Shown here: piece by piece, positions 36,312 to 45,765 of the stretch | Layout of the letters: the number at the start of each line of letters is the position of its first letter | Numbering within the stretch: the stretch's first letter is position 1 | Assembly (NCBI RefSeq): GCF_965227765.1 | Contig: NZ_OZ245778.1 | Coordinates: 2,200,318-2,264,317, forward strand | Length of the DNA stretch: 64,000 nt | Source: Brevundimonas sp. | Lineage (GTDB): Bacteria > Pseudomonadota > Alphaproteobacteria > Caulobacterales > Caulobacteraceae | Reading direction: 5' to 3' | Position numbers and translations under genes: made by a program | Notes under the pieces: model-generated | What the model saw: only the letters and a program-made list of their open reading frames with translations | What the model was told of the DNA's origin: nothing | The model's database searches: none

Positions 36312-36401
36312 TACGGACAGCCGCAGGAACCATCACCCTGCGGAATAACTGTCACAAAGCCAGGATTGAACTGTCATCAAATCCGCTTAGGAGCGTCACA
36401 C

Positions 36402-37118
36402 ATGAAAACGTTCCGTATGATGACCGTCGCCTCTGCAATGGCCGCCGCCTCGCTAGCCTTTGCCCTGGCCTCGCCCGTTCTGGCCCAGTCCTCTGATCAC
36501 GGCGACTGGAGCGCCACTCTGGGCGCCGCGACCGATAACCGTTCCAAGGACGCATCGAAGACCAACGGCGATCCCTATGCCTATGGCACCGTGACCTGGA
36601 CCAGCCCAAGCGGCCTTTTCTACGTCGCGCCCATAGGCTTCGAGACCATTGATTCCTCCACCGGGTCGGATCTGGAGCTTCAGACCTATGCCGGGCTGAA
36701 GACCAAGGTCGCCGGGTTCGGCTTGGACCTGCGCGCCGCCTACAAATACCAGACCGACGCGAACCCAGGCGCTGACGAGGACGCCGTCGAATTCACGGCC
36801 AACCTGACCCGCAATTTCGACCGCATCCAGACCCGGATCCAGGTCCAGGTCTCGCCGGACGGCACGGGCAGCGTGCGTGACTGGCAATGGGTCGAGGGCC
36901 GCGTCGGCTATGAAGTCACCGACCGCCTGGTCGGATCGGTCGCCGTGGGGCGTCGCGAACAGGACAACAGCATCGACTACACCGGCTGGAACGCCGGCTT
37001 CGCCTACAAGGCCACCGACGCCATCGACCTGGACCTGCGTTGGTACGACACCGACGTGTCCAACCCCACCGACCAGTACGCCGGCCAACTGGTCGCCGCG
37101 GTCGCCTTCAAGTTCTGA
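36402..37118 (+). CDS. outer-membrane beta-barrel protein (Gcw_chp/TorF, TIGR02001-like)
   Basis: AGGAG RBS. Signal peptide ...ALASPVLAQ. Alternating beta-strand pattern. C-terminal ...VAFKF (terminal Phe). Confidence 0.65.
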   Translation: MKTFRMMTVASAMAAASLAFALASPVLAQSSDHGDWSATLGAATDNRSKDASKTNGDPYAYGTVTWTSPSGLFYVAPIGFETIDSSTGSDLELQTYAGLKTKVAGFGLDLRAAYKYQTDANPGADEDAVEFTANLTRNFDRIQTRIQVQVSPDGTGSVRDWQWVEGRVGYEVTDRLVGSVAVGRREQDNSIDYTGWNAGFAYKATDAIDLDLRWYDTDVSNPTDQYAGQLVAAVAFKF

Positions 37119-37131
37119 AGCGACCGATGGA

Positions 37132-38295
37132 TCAGGCGTTCAGCGCCTGATCCAGATCGGCCATCAGGTCCTCGACGTCCTCGACCCCGCACGACAGGCG
37201 GATCAGGCTGTCGGTGACGCCACCGGCCTCGCGGACCTCCTTGGGCACCGAGGCGTGGGTCATGATCGCCGGATGGTTGACCAGGCTTTCGACCCCGCCC
37301 AGCGACTCGGCCAGGGTGAAGACCTGGACGTGTTCCAGCACCCGCCGGGTCCGGTCCAGATCGCCGTCGATGACCACCGAAACCATGCCGCCAAAGCCGC
37401 GCATCTGCCGCGACGCCAGCTCATGCTGGGGATGGGTGATCAGACCCGGATAAATGACCTTGGCCACCCCGGCATGGCCTTCCAGCCAGCGCGCAATGGT
37501 CAGGGCATTGTCGCAGTGCGCCTTCATTCGCAGGCCCAGAGTCTTCAGTCCCCGGTTGGCCAGGAAGGCGTCGAACGGCCCCATGACGCCCCCAACCGAG
37601 TTCTGCAGGAACTTGATTTCCTTGGCGATCTCGACGTTCGCGGCGACTAGCACCCCGCCGATGATGTCGGAGTGACCGTTCAGGTATTTGGTCGCCGAAT
37701 GCATGACCACATCGGCGCCCAGGGCGATGGGCTGCTGGCAGTATGGCGTGGCGAAGGTGTTGTCGACGATCAGCAGCAGGCCGTGCGCCTTGGCCACCTT
37801 GGACAGGGCCGCGATGTCGGCGATCTTCATCATCGGATTGGTGGGGGTCTCGACCCACAGCATCTTGGTCTTGGGCGTGATCGCCGCCTCGACCGCCGCG
37901 ATGTCCGACAGATCGACATAGGCGAAGTCCAGCCCCATCGAGCGACGGCGCACCCGCTCGAACAGCCGCCACGACCCGCCGTACAGGTCATCGCCGGTGA
38001 CGATGTGCGACCCGGCGTCCAGCAGTTCCAGCGCCGTCGAGGTCGCCGCCATACCGGAGGCGAAGCCAAAGCCCTGAACCCCGCCTTCGAGATCGGCGAT
38101 GCAGGCCTCGAACGCCTCGCGCGTCGGGTTCTTGCCGCGGGCGTACTCATAGCCCTTGTTCACGCCTGGGCTTTCCTGGGCATAGGTCGAGGTGGCGTAG
38201 ATCGGCGTCATTACCGCGCCCGTCGTGGGATCAGGACGTTGACCGGCGTGGATGGCGCGGGTCGAGAAACCCTGGCTGTTCTTCAGGTCGGCCAT
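37132..38295 (-). CDS. PLP-dependent trans-sulfuration enzyme (cystathionine gamma-lyase/gamma-synthase family)
   Basis: 387 aa. Y.R..NPT, the PLP-lysine region HSATKYLNGHSD, and LAESLGGVESL. Confidence 0.85.
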   Translation of the reverse strand: MADLKNSQGFSTRAIHAGQRPDPTTGAVMTPIYATSTYAQESPGVNKGYEYARGKNPTREAFEACIADLEGGVQGFGFASGMAATSTALELLDAGSHIVTGDDLYGGSWRLFERVRRRSMGLDFAYVDLSDIAAVEAAITPKTKMLWVETPTNPMMKIADIAALSKVAKAHGLLLIVDNTFATPYCQQPIALGADVVMHSATKYLNGHSDIIGGVLVAANVEIAKEIKFLQNSVGGVMGPFDAFLANRGLKTLGLRMKAHCDNALTIARWLEGHAGVAKVIYPGLITHPQHELASRQMRGFGGMVSVVIDGDLDRTRRVLEHVQVFTLAESLGGVESLVNHPAIMTHASVPKEVREAGGVTDSLIRLSCGVEDVEDLMADLDQALNA

Positions 38296-39698
38296 CAGCG
38301 GTTCAGGCTCAGGTGGTTGATGAGGTCGGTGCGGGCGATCAGGCCGACGAAGGTCTCGCCGTCCAGCACGATGGCCACGCGGTCCCGGTCGAAGATCGGG
38401 ATCAGGGAGTCCAGGCTTTCGGTGACCTGCAGCGTGTCGAGGTCGCGCGTCATGGCCGAGGAGACCGGCTTGGCGAAGCGGTCCTTCCGGGTGATCTCGT
38501 CGGTGTTCATGATGTGGACGATGTCGCTCTCGTCCAGGATGCCGACCAGACGACCGTCCTGAATGACCGGCAGCTGCGAGACGCCGTCGCCCTTCATCCG
38601 CTTGAAGGCGGTGTCCAGGGTGTCGTCGGGGCCGATCACCACCACGTCGCCCGAGGCGTATTTGCGGTTGATCAGGTCGGACAGGTCGCCATGCAGCTCA
38701 CGCTCCGTCAGGCCCTGATCGGCCAGCCAGGCGTCGTTGTAGACCTTGGACAGGTATTTGGCGCCCGTGTCGCAAACGAAGGTCACGACGCGCTTTTCCT
38801 CGGTCTGTTCGCGGCACCAGCGCAGGGCGGTGGCGATCAGGGTGCCCGAGGACGAGCCCGCCAGGATGCCTTCCTTCAGCAGCAGCTCGCGCACCGTCGC
38901 GATCGCTTCTGCGTCGGGGATCGAATAGGCCACGTCGATCAGGTCGGCGTCGGCGGTGTCGGGCATGAAGTTCTGGCCGATGCCTTCGACGGTATAGCTG
39001 CCGTCCGGGCCGGCGACGCCGTCGTTGATCAGGCCGGCCAGGGCCGAGCCGACCGGGTCGGCCAGGATGATCTTGGCGTCCGAATCCTGCGACTTGAAAT
39101 ACTGGGCGTTGCCCGTGATCGTCCCGCCCGAGCCGATGCCGGCGACGAAGGCGTCGATCTTGCCTTCCATCTGGGCCCAGATCTCGGGGCCGGTCGTCTC
39201 GAAGTGGGCGCGGGTATTGGCGTCGTTGGCGAACTGATTGACGAAGTAGGCGCCGGGGATCTGCTGGGCCAGACGCTCGGCCATGTCGGTATAGTATTCG
39301 GGGTGGCCGTGCGGCACGTCCGAGCGGGTCAGACGCACGTCGGCGCCCATAGCGCGCAGGTGCTGGATCTTCTCCTTGGACATCTTGTCGGGGATGACCA
39401 GCAGGACCTTGTAGCCCTTCTGCTTGCCGACCAGGGTCAGCGCCAGGCCCGTATTGCCCGCCGTGGCCTCGACGATGGTGCCGCCGGGCTTGAGCCAGCC
39501 CTGCTGCTCGGCCGCCTCGATCATCGAGACCGCGATCCGGTCCTTGATCGAACCGCCGGGGTTCTGGGCCTCCAGCTTCAGGAACAGACGGCATTTTCCG
39601 GTGTCGATCCGCGTCACCTCGACCATCGGCGTCTTGCCGATCAGGTCCAGCAGCGAGCCCGAAGGTTTGCTGAGGGTGGGGGTTTCAGACATCGACAT
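38295..39698 (-). CDS. cystathionine beta-synthase (CysK-fold plus tandem CBS domains)
   Basis: 467 aa. LKLEAQNPGGSIKDRIA (PLP Lys), GNTG, GTGGT-like GSGGTITG, and a C-terminal CBS pair. Confidence 0.9.
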   Translation of the reverse strand: MSMSETPTLSKPSGSLLDLIGKTPMVEVTRIDTGKCRLFLKLEAQNPGGSIKDRIAVSMIEAAEQQGWLKPGGTIVEATAGNTGLALTLVGKQKGYKVLLVIPDKMSKEKIQHLRAMGADVRLTRSDVPHGHPEYYTDMAERLAQQIPGAYFVNQFANDANTRAHFETTGPEIWAQMEGKIDAFVAGIGSGGTITGNAQYFKSQDSDAKIILADPVGSALAGLINDGVAGPDGSYTVEGIGQNFMPDTADADLIDVAYSIPDAEAIATVRELLLKEGILAGSSSGTLIATALRWCREQTEEKRVVTFVCDTGAKYLSKVYNDAWLADQGLTERELHGDLSDLINRKYASGDVVVIGPDDTLDTAFKRMKGDGVSQLPVIQDGRLVGILDESDIVHIMNTDEITRKDRFAKPVSSAMTRDLDTLQVTESLDSLIPIFDRDRVAIVLDGETFVGLIARTDLINHLSLNR

Positions 39699-39796
39699 GG
39701 GCGGCTCCTCGAAGGCGGTATCCGGCAGAAGCTGAGCGCGGAGACCGACAAGGTCAAACGCCGCACGATCATGCCTTCAACAGGCCAAACGCGCCG

Positions 39797-40381
39797 TCAG
39801 CGCGACCGTTTCCGTACCCACATCGCCGCGTCGGCCTCGGCCAGCCATGTTTCCGCATCCGCCTGTCCGGCCCAGGGGCGCACCCCGAACGATCCGCCCA
39901 GGGTCGTCTTCTCGCCATTCCAGACAAAACCCTCGGCGTTCAGGCTGGCGGTCAGGCGTTTGGCCTTGTCGCGTCCCTCTTCCAGCCCGGCGTTCAGCAT
40001 CAGCAGACCGAACTCGTCGCCGCCCAGGCGGCCGACCGCGTCCGATTCTCGCACATTGGACAGGAACAGCTCGGCGACCCGCACCAGGGCTGCGTCGCCC
40101 GCCGCGTGGCCCAGGCTGTCATTGACGCCCTTGAACCCGTCCAGATCGACGTACAGCAGCACGGCGGGCTCGGAATACCGCGTGCACCAGGCCATGGCCC
40201 GGTTCAGCGCCGCCACGAAACCGCGCCGGTTGAGGGCGGGCGTCAGCACGTCGTGATCGGCCGCCGCCTCGGCCGCCTCGGCGCGGCGCTCCAGTCCGGC
40301 GGCATGGGCGCGCAGGGCCTCGACCTCGGCGCGCAGGCGCTCGAGTTCGCTATTCACATCGATGGCGGCCGCGTTGCTCAC
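39797..40381 (-). CDS. GGDEF-domain diguanylate cyclase with N-terminal coiled coil
   Basis: 194 aa. D.LT.ALNRRGF, DLDGFKGVNDSLGHAAGD, GRLGGDEFGLL. Confidence 0.85.
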   Translation of the reverse strand: MSNAAAIDVNSELERLRAEVEALRAHAAGLERRAEAAEAAADHDVLTPALNRRGFVAALNRAMAWCTRYSEPAVLLYVDLDGFKGVNDSLGHAAGDAALVRVAELFLSNVRESDAVGRLGGDEFGLLMLNAGLEEGRDKAKRLTASLNAEGFVWNGEKTTLGGSFGVRPWAGQADAETWLAEADAAMWVRKRSR

Positions 40382-40504
40382 GGTCGGTCAGGCTCCTGTG
40401 CCCGCCGACTCAATCGGGGCGGCGTCACTGCAATGCTAGCGACCTTGGTTGCGGGCGCAACGCGTGTGCTGTAACGGGCCGCTTTGCGTCAGGGGTCGAG
40501 GGAC

Positions 40505-40996
40505 ATGACGATAAAGACGACGCCGGTGGCGATCATCATGGGCAGCCGCTCGGACTGGCCCACCATGAAACACGCAGCCGACGTGCTGACGGCCCTCGGC
40601 GTCGCCTTCGAGGCCAAGGTGATCTCGGCCCACCGCACCCCCAAACGCCTCTATGATTTCGCCACGGGCGCCAAGGCCGCCGGCTTCAAGGTCGTCATCG
40701 CCGGCGCCGGCGGCGCGGCGCACCTGCCCGGCATGGCGGCCTCGATGACCGAGCTTCCGGTCCTGGGCGTGCCGGTCGAATCCCAGGCCCTGAAGGGCAT
40801 GGATTCCCTGCTTTCCATCGTCCAGATGCCCGGCGGCGTTCCCGTCGCCACCCTGGCCATCGGTGTTCCTGGCGCCAAGAACGCCGGCATTCTGGCGGCC
40901 CAGATCCTGGCCCTATCGGATGACGGCCTGGCCCAGCGCCTGGCCGCCATGCGCGCCTCCCAGACGGACGCCGTCGCCGAAACCGTCGAGGACTGA
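40505..40996 (+). CDS. purE: 5-(carboxyamino)imidazole ribonucleotide mutase
   Basis: [29 protein letters not shown] and PVLGVPV motifs. Confidence 0.9.
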   Translation: MTIKTTPVAIIMGSRSDWPTMKHAADVLTALGVAFEAKVISAHRTPKRLYDFATGAKAAGFKVVIAGAGGAAHLPGMAASMTELPVLGVPVESQALKGMDSLLSIVQMPGGVPVATLAIGVPGAKNAGILAAQILALSDDGLAQRLAAMRASQTDAVAETVED

Positions 40997-42109
40997 TTGG
41001 CCCGGACGACGCAAACCGCCCAGGATTCCATAAGCCTGCCCCTGCCGCCCGGATCGACCATCGGCATCCTGGGCGGCGGTCAGCTGGGCCGGATGCTGTC
41101 CCAGGCCGCCTCGCGCCTCGGCTTCGACGTGGTCATCCTCGACCCCGAAGAGAACAGCCCGGCGGGCCGTGTCTCGCGCGGCCAGATCGTCGCCGCCTAT
41201 GACGATCCCACCGCCCTGACGGTGCTGGGCCGCGTCTGCGACGTGGTCACCTTCGAGTTCGAGAACGTGCCCGCCGCCTCGGCCGAACAGCTGGCGGGCG
41301 GCGGCGCCCTGGTCGCGCCCGGCCCCACCGCCCTGTCCACCGCCCAGGACCGAGTGCTGGAAAAGACCTTCCTCAACGCGGTCGGGGCCACGACGGTGGA
41401 TTTTGTCGCCGTCGACACGCTCGAGGACCTGACCGCCGCTCTGGAGACCCTGGGGACCCCTGCCCTGCTGAAGACCCGGCGCGACGGCTATGACGGCAAG
41501 GGCCAGGTCTGGATCAAGACCGCCAAACAGGCGGCCAAGGCCTTCGCCGAGATCGGCGGCCGCCCGGCCATCCTCGAAGCCCGCGCCGACTTCACTCGCG
41601 AACTGTCGATCATCGCCGCCCGTGGCCACGACGGCGCCGTCGCCGTCTATCCGCTGGGCCAGAACCATCACGCCAACGGCGTCCTGGCCACCACCCTCGC
41701 TCCGGCCCAGGTCGACGCCGCAACGACCGCCCGCGCCCGCGAGATCGCCGAAGCCATCCTGGAAGGCCTCGACTATGTCGGCGTCATCGGCGTCGAGCTG
41801 TTCGATCTGGGGGGCGGAGACCTGCTGGTCAACGAGATCGCGCCCCGCGTCCACAACACCGGCCACTGGACCCAGGACGGCTGTCTCTGCGACCAGTTCG
41901 AACAGCATATCCGCGCCATCGCCGGCTGGCCCCTCGGCCCTACCGAGGCTCATGCCCAGGTCGAGATGACCAACCTGCTGGGCGACGATGTCGATCAGTG
42001 GCCCGCCCTGGCCGCCGAACCCAACGCCCGCCTGCACCTGTACGGCAAGGCCGAGGCGCGCCCAGGCCGCAAGATGGCCCACGTCAATCGGGTCAGCCGT
42101 CTAGCCTGA
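40997..42109 (+). CDS. purK: 5-(carboxyamino)imidazole ribonucleotide synthase
   Basis: The TTG start abuts the purE stop. GILGGGQLGRM, ATP-grasp region YDGKGQ and NEIAPRVHNTGHWT. Confidence 0.9.
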   Translation: MARTTQTAQDSISLPLPPGSTIGILGGGQLGRMLSQAASRLGFDVVILDPEENSPAGRVSRGQIVAAYDDPTALTVLGRVCDVVTFEFENVPAASAEQLAGGGALVAPGPTALSTAQDRVLEKTFLNAVGATTVDFVAVDTLEDLTAALETLGTPALLKTRRDGYDGKGQVWIKTAKQAAKAFAEIGGRPAILEARADFTRELSIIAARGHDGAVAVYPLGQNHHANGVLATTLAPAQVDAATTARAREIAEAILEGLDYVGVIGVELFDLGGGDLLVNEIAPRVHNTGHWTQDGCLCDQFEQHIRAIAGWPLGPTEAHAQVEMTNLLGDDVDQWPALAAEPNARLHLYGKAEARPGRKMAHVNRVSRLA

Positions 42110-42149
42110 AACCCCGCTCATTCCGGCGAAAGCGGCGATGAGCTGAATA

Positions 42150-42824
42150 TCAGGACGCTCTGCCGTAACGCAGGCGGCTCAGCACGCTGGTCACCCGCTT
42201 CAGCGGGGCCTCGAAATCCTTGCCCGCCTTCCACTTCTCGAAGGTCATGACGTTGTCGATCCGTCGAGACACGAAGGCCTCGGCCGCCTCGCGTCCGTCG
42301 AACCAGCGCATGGTCAGGGCCGGGATCAGGATGCCCGACAGGATGGTCCGCTTGGAATAGTGGTTCCAGTCCGTCGCCGTATCCCCGGCCCAGCGCCACA
42401 GGACATCGGCGCTCTCCCACGCCAGCGACAGACCCAGGTCGGCGTTGGTCGGCAGGGCCAGGAAGGCGGCGCAACGGCGGGTCGCCTCCAGATCGGCGGC
42501 CCCCGCCTCCATCCGCGCCGAGACGGCCGCAGCGATTCGCTCGCGCATCTTTAGGGTCGCAGCCGGCGTGAGCTCCAGCGCCTTCAGCGCCCGCGCATCG
42601 TGTCGGCGCGACAGCAGGGCCGCCAGATCGCGCGCGCCATTGGGCAGCAGCAGTTCCTGATCGCCCAGCGACAGACCACTGGCCTCGCAGGCCGCGCGGA
42701 CCAGCCGCCCGTTCCAGCCCAGGGCAGGCGCACGCTGGACAGCGGCGTCCAGAACGGCCTGTTCCATCTGGTCCGCCCAGTCGGCGGTGGGGGCGGTGTT
42801 CGACAGGTGGGGAGCCTCGGTCAT
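42150..42824 (-). CDS. COQ9-family protein (the 'rpsU-divergently transcribed protein')
   Basis: 224 aa. Divergent from rpsU, as in many alphaproteobacteria. The helical TetR-like fold pattern is recognised by composition only. Confidence 0.7.
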   Translation of the reverse strand: MTEAPHLSNTAPTADWADQMEQAVLDAAVQRAPALGWNGRLVRAACEASGLSLGDQELLLPNGARDLAALLSRRHDARALKALELTPAATLKMRERIAAAVSARMEAGAADLEATRRCAAFLALPTNADLGLSLAWESADVLWRWAGDTATDWNHYSKRTILSGILIPALTMRWFDGREAAEAFVSRRIDNVMTFEKWKAGKDFEAPLKRVTSVLSRLRYGRAS

Positions 42825-43015
42825 GGCTTCATGATACGCGTCCCCGCCAGGGTTCGCGAGCCTTCAGCCGAATGACGTGTTTGGCTTGGGATGAACTGGA
42901 CACCACAGCAGGCTTGGTGTATTCGCCCGCCTTCGCTCGGTGGGCTGTCGCCCCCGGGATAGAGATTTTATTTGTCTGCCCGTCTCCCTCACAGGACGCG
43001 GCGGGCGGCCAAAGG

Positions 43016-43292
43016 AGAGTTCAACCTGGTACAGATTTTCGTTCGCGATAATAACGTCGATCAAGCGCTCAAAGCCCTCAAGAAGAAGATGCAACGCGAA
43101 GGCAGCTTCCGCGAAATGAAGCGCCACGTGCACTACGAGAAGCCCTCGGAGAAGCGCGCCCGCCAGAAGGCCGAGGCGATCCGTCGCGCTCGCAAGCTGG
43201 CCCGCAAGCGCATGCAACGCGAAGGCCTGCTGCCGCCTCCGAAGCCCCGCGTGCCGGGTCCGGGCGCTGCCGGCGGTGGAAACCGCTCCTAA
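43016..43292 (+). CDS. rpsU: 30S ribosomal protein S21 (C-terminally extended)
   Basis: [25 protein letters not shown]...[25 protein letters not shown] at 43003-43011. The apparent start is CTG at 43016 (the track uses TTG at 42972). Confidence 0.85.
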
Positions 43293-43318
43293 GCCCAGGC
43301 TTCAGACCAGATTTGAAA

Positions 43319-43346
43319 AGGCCGCTCCTCACGGGGCGGCCTTTTT
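43319..43346. terminator. bidirectional rho-independent terminator between rpsU and the convergent ABC permease gene
   Basis: AAAAGGCCGC-tcctcacgg-GGCGGCCTTTTT has A-run and T-run flanks. Confidence 0.7.
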
Positions 43347-43357
43347 GCTGTGCGATT

Positions 43358-44737
43358 TTAGCGCCGCCCACCCATGGCGCCCACGAAGCTTTTCCAGCTC
43401 AGCTTCACGTCCGAGAGGGCTCCGGCGCGGAACGCTCGGCCGGCCAGCCAAACCATCAGCAGGGCCGTGGCGAACATCCCCAGCAGGGTGCCGACGATCT
43501 CGATCATCGGCGGATCGCTGGGCACCCGCGCGCTCATCAGGAAGGGGGTGAAGAAGGGAACCCAGGACAGGTACCGCACCACGGGTGCATCGGGCGTCTG
43601 CAGCGCCACCTGCATGACCAGGATCGGCACCACCAGCACCATCATGATCGGCCCCATCAGGGTCTGGGCGTCGCGCGGCGTCTCGCAAAAGGCGCCGATG
43701 GCCGCAAACAGCACCGCGTACATCAGGTAGCCGCCGACCATATAGGCCAGGAAATAGAAGATCAGGCCGCCTTGCAGCAGGGCCGCCCCAACTGTCGCTG
43801 CGGCCTCAGGCGCCGCCATGACCAGCCCGACCCCGCCGATCGCTGCCCAGGTCAGCATGACGGTCAGGGTCAGCATCGCCACCCCCAGCACCTTGCCGGT
43901 CAGGATCTCGGTCGCCGAGGCCGAGGACAGCAGCACCTCCAGGATCTTGTTGGACTTCTCCTCCATCACGCTGTTCAGCAGGATCGAGGCGCCGGTGATG
44001 ATCAGGGACCACAGCAAGAAGCCCGCGCCCAGGCCGATATAGCCGGGTATCCGGTCCTGCAACGACACCTCGCCGCCGCTGACCGAGCGGGGCGAGAAGG
44101 CCTTCACCTCGGGCCGGAAGGCGTCGGTGCGGGCGACCACGGCGGGGTCGATGCCGGCCTGTTCGAACGCCTGGCGCCGGTTGGCGGTCTTCAGGGCCTC
44201 GCCGACGAAATCCTCGATGATCCGGTCCGACGGCTTGGCGGTCCAGACCCGCGCGCCGGGCTTTCCATCCACGCGGGTCAGGAAGATGACGGCGTCCAGC
44301 GGCCGGACGGCATCCTCGATCAGGTGGTTGCGAACGGCGATGTCCTGGGCCGGGCCGGGCAAGGCCGTGGCGATGTCATGCGGCGTCGCGACCAGGACCA
44401 CGCGGTCCCTGGACAGGGATTCGATGGCCGAGCGGGCGCGCGGATTGTCGATCCCGCCGCTGGCCTGCCGCGCCTTTTCGGCCGCCTCGCGCGCACGGGC
44501 GGCTCGCCGGTCGGTGTCGGCCTGCAACGTGTCGCGCACGGCGGCGGCCAGGCCAGAGGCGGCGGGGCCGTCCTCGACGATCGCGACCTGCCGCACCGGC
44601 TCGCTGGTCTGCAACAACAGGGGCACGGCCCCGCCCAGAACGGCGAAGATCGGAAAGGCCAGAAGCGACAGCCAGAAGCCGACCGTGCGCGCATAGGCCA
44701 GGAACTCGCGCCGGGCGATCAGCAGCATCCGGTTCAT
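43358..44737 (-). CDS. ABC-2-type transporter permease (NatB-like)
   Basis: 459 aa. One N-terminal TM, a large periplasmic loop, and a C-terminal bundle of about 5 TM. ATGA-type overlap with the upstream ATPase gene. Confidence 0.8.
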   Translation of the reverse strand: MNRMLLIARREFLAYARTVGFWLSLLAFPIFAVLGGAVPLLLQTSEPVRQVAIVEDGPAASGLAAAVRDTLQADTDRRAARAREAAEKARQASGGIDNPRARSAIESLSRDRVVLVATPHDIATALPGPAQDIAVRNHLIEDAVRPLDAVIFLTRVDGKPGARVWTAKPSDRIIEDFVGEALKTANRRQAFEQAGIDPAVVARTDAFRPEVKAFSPRSVSGGEVSLQDRIPGYIGLGAGFLLWSLIITGASILLNSVMEEKSNKILEVLLSSASATEILTGKVLGVAMLTLTVMLTWAAIGGVGLVMAAPEAAATVGAALLQGGLIFYFLAYMVGGYLMYAVLFAAIGAFCETPRDAQTLMGPIMMVLVVPILVMQVALQTPDAPVVRYLSWVPFFTPFLMSARVPSDPPMIEIVGTLLGMFATALLMVWLAGRAFRAGALSDVKLSWKSFVGAMGGRR

Positions 44738-45687
44738 CGGGCCTCTCCCTGAAGCACCGCCTGATCGACATCGGGCCGGTCGCCGGTCAGGGCGATGAAG
44801 GCGTCATGCAGGCTGGGCTCGCGCAGTTCGAACCGGCGCACGTCCAACCCGGTCAGGAAGGCGGCCTTCAAGGCGTCCTGGCCCCCGGCGCCGGGCTTCA
44901 GCGAGGCTTTCAGCGTGCGCACGCCGTCGATCTCGGCGACCGTGGTCACGGCGATGACGCCGGGTAGGCTCTGCGCCGCCTCGACCGGGATCGCGCCCTC
45001 AAGTTCAAGGAATCGCGGCGAGGTCGCCCTCGCCTCACCCACCGTGCCCTCGAACGCCTTTTGTCCCCGCGCCAGCAGCACGACCTTGTCGCACAGCCGT
45101 TCGGCGTGCTGCATCACATGGGTCGAGAACAGCACCGTCGCCCCATTGGCCGCGAGGTCGCGAATGACGGTCTCCAGACCCTGCTGGTTGACCGGATCCA
45201 GACCGCTGAACGGCTCGTCCAGGATGACGAACTCGGGCCGATGCACGACCGAGGCGATCAGCTGCACCTTCTGCGCCATGCCCTTGGACAGGGACTTCAT
45301 CTTCTTGGTCTTGGCCTCGCCCAGGCCCTGGGCGTCCAGCATCTCGCGCGCCCGCTTGCGGCCCTCGCGCGCCGGCAGCCCCTTCAGCGAGCCGAAGAAG
45401 GCGATGGCGTCCACCGGGGTCATCTTCTTGTAGAGGCCGCGCTCCTCGGGCAGGAAACCGATCCGGTCGCGCACCTTGCGGCCGTCGTCGGCGCCCAGGA
45501 TGGTGATGCGCCCGGCACTTGCGGCCTGCAGCCCCAGGATCATGCGGATGGTCGAGGTCTTGCCCGCGCCGTTGGGGCCCAGGAAGCCGCAGATCGAGCC
45601 CTGCTCGACCTCGAACGACAGGTCGCGCACCGCCTGGAAGTCGCCGTAGCGTTTGCTCAGGGCCTCAAGCGTCAGCGCCGCCGCCAT
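44734..45687 (-). CDS. ABC transporter ATP-binding protein (NatA-like)
   Basis: Walker A GPNGAGKTS, signature LSKGMAQK, Walker B ILDEPFSGLD. Confidence 0.9.
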   Translation of the reverse strand: MAAALTLEALSKRYGDFQAVRDLSFEVEQGSICGFLGPNGAGKTSTIRMILGLQAASAGRITILGADDGRKVRDRIGFLPEERGLYKKMTPVDAIAFFGSLKGLPAREGRKRAREMLDAQGLGEAKTKKMKSLSKGMAQKVQLIASVVHRPEFVILDEPFSGLDPVNQQGLETVIRDLAANGATVLFSTHVMQHAERLCDKVVLLARGQKAFEGTVGEARATSPRFLELEGAIPVEAAQSLPGVIAVTTVAEIDGVRTLKASLKPGAGGQDALKAAFLTGLDVRRFELREPSLHDAFIALTGDRPDVDQAVLQGEAR

Positions 45688-45765
45688 ATCGTCCTCCGGT
45701 AACCGAAGGAAAGCCTAGCGCAGCCCATGGGGCTGACAAGCCGATTTGGTCCCCCGCGCGGGGTA

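Noticed and set aside
38313-40256. 647-aa ORF on the plus strand
   Set aside because: It is antisense to the CBS and GGDEF genes and is a low-complexity Gly/Arg/Asp/Val shadow ORF.
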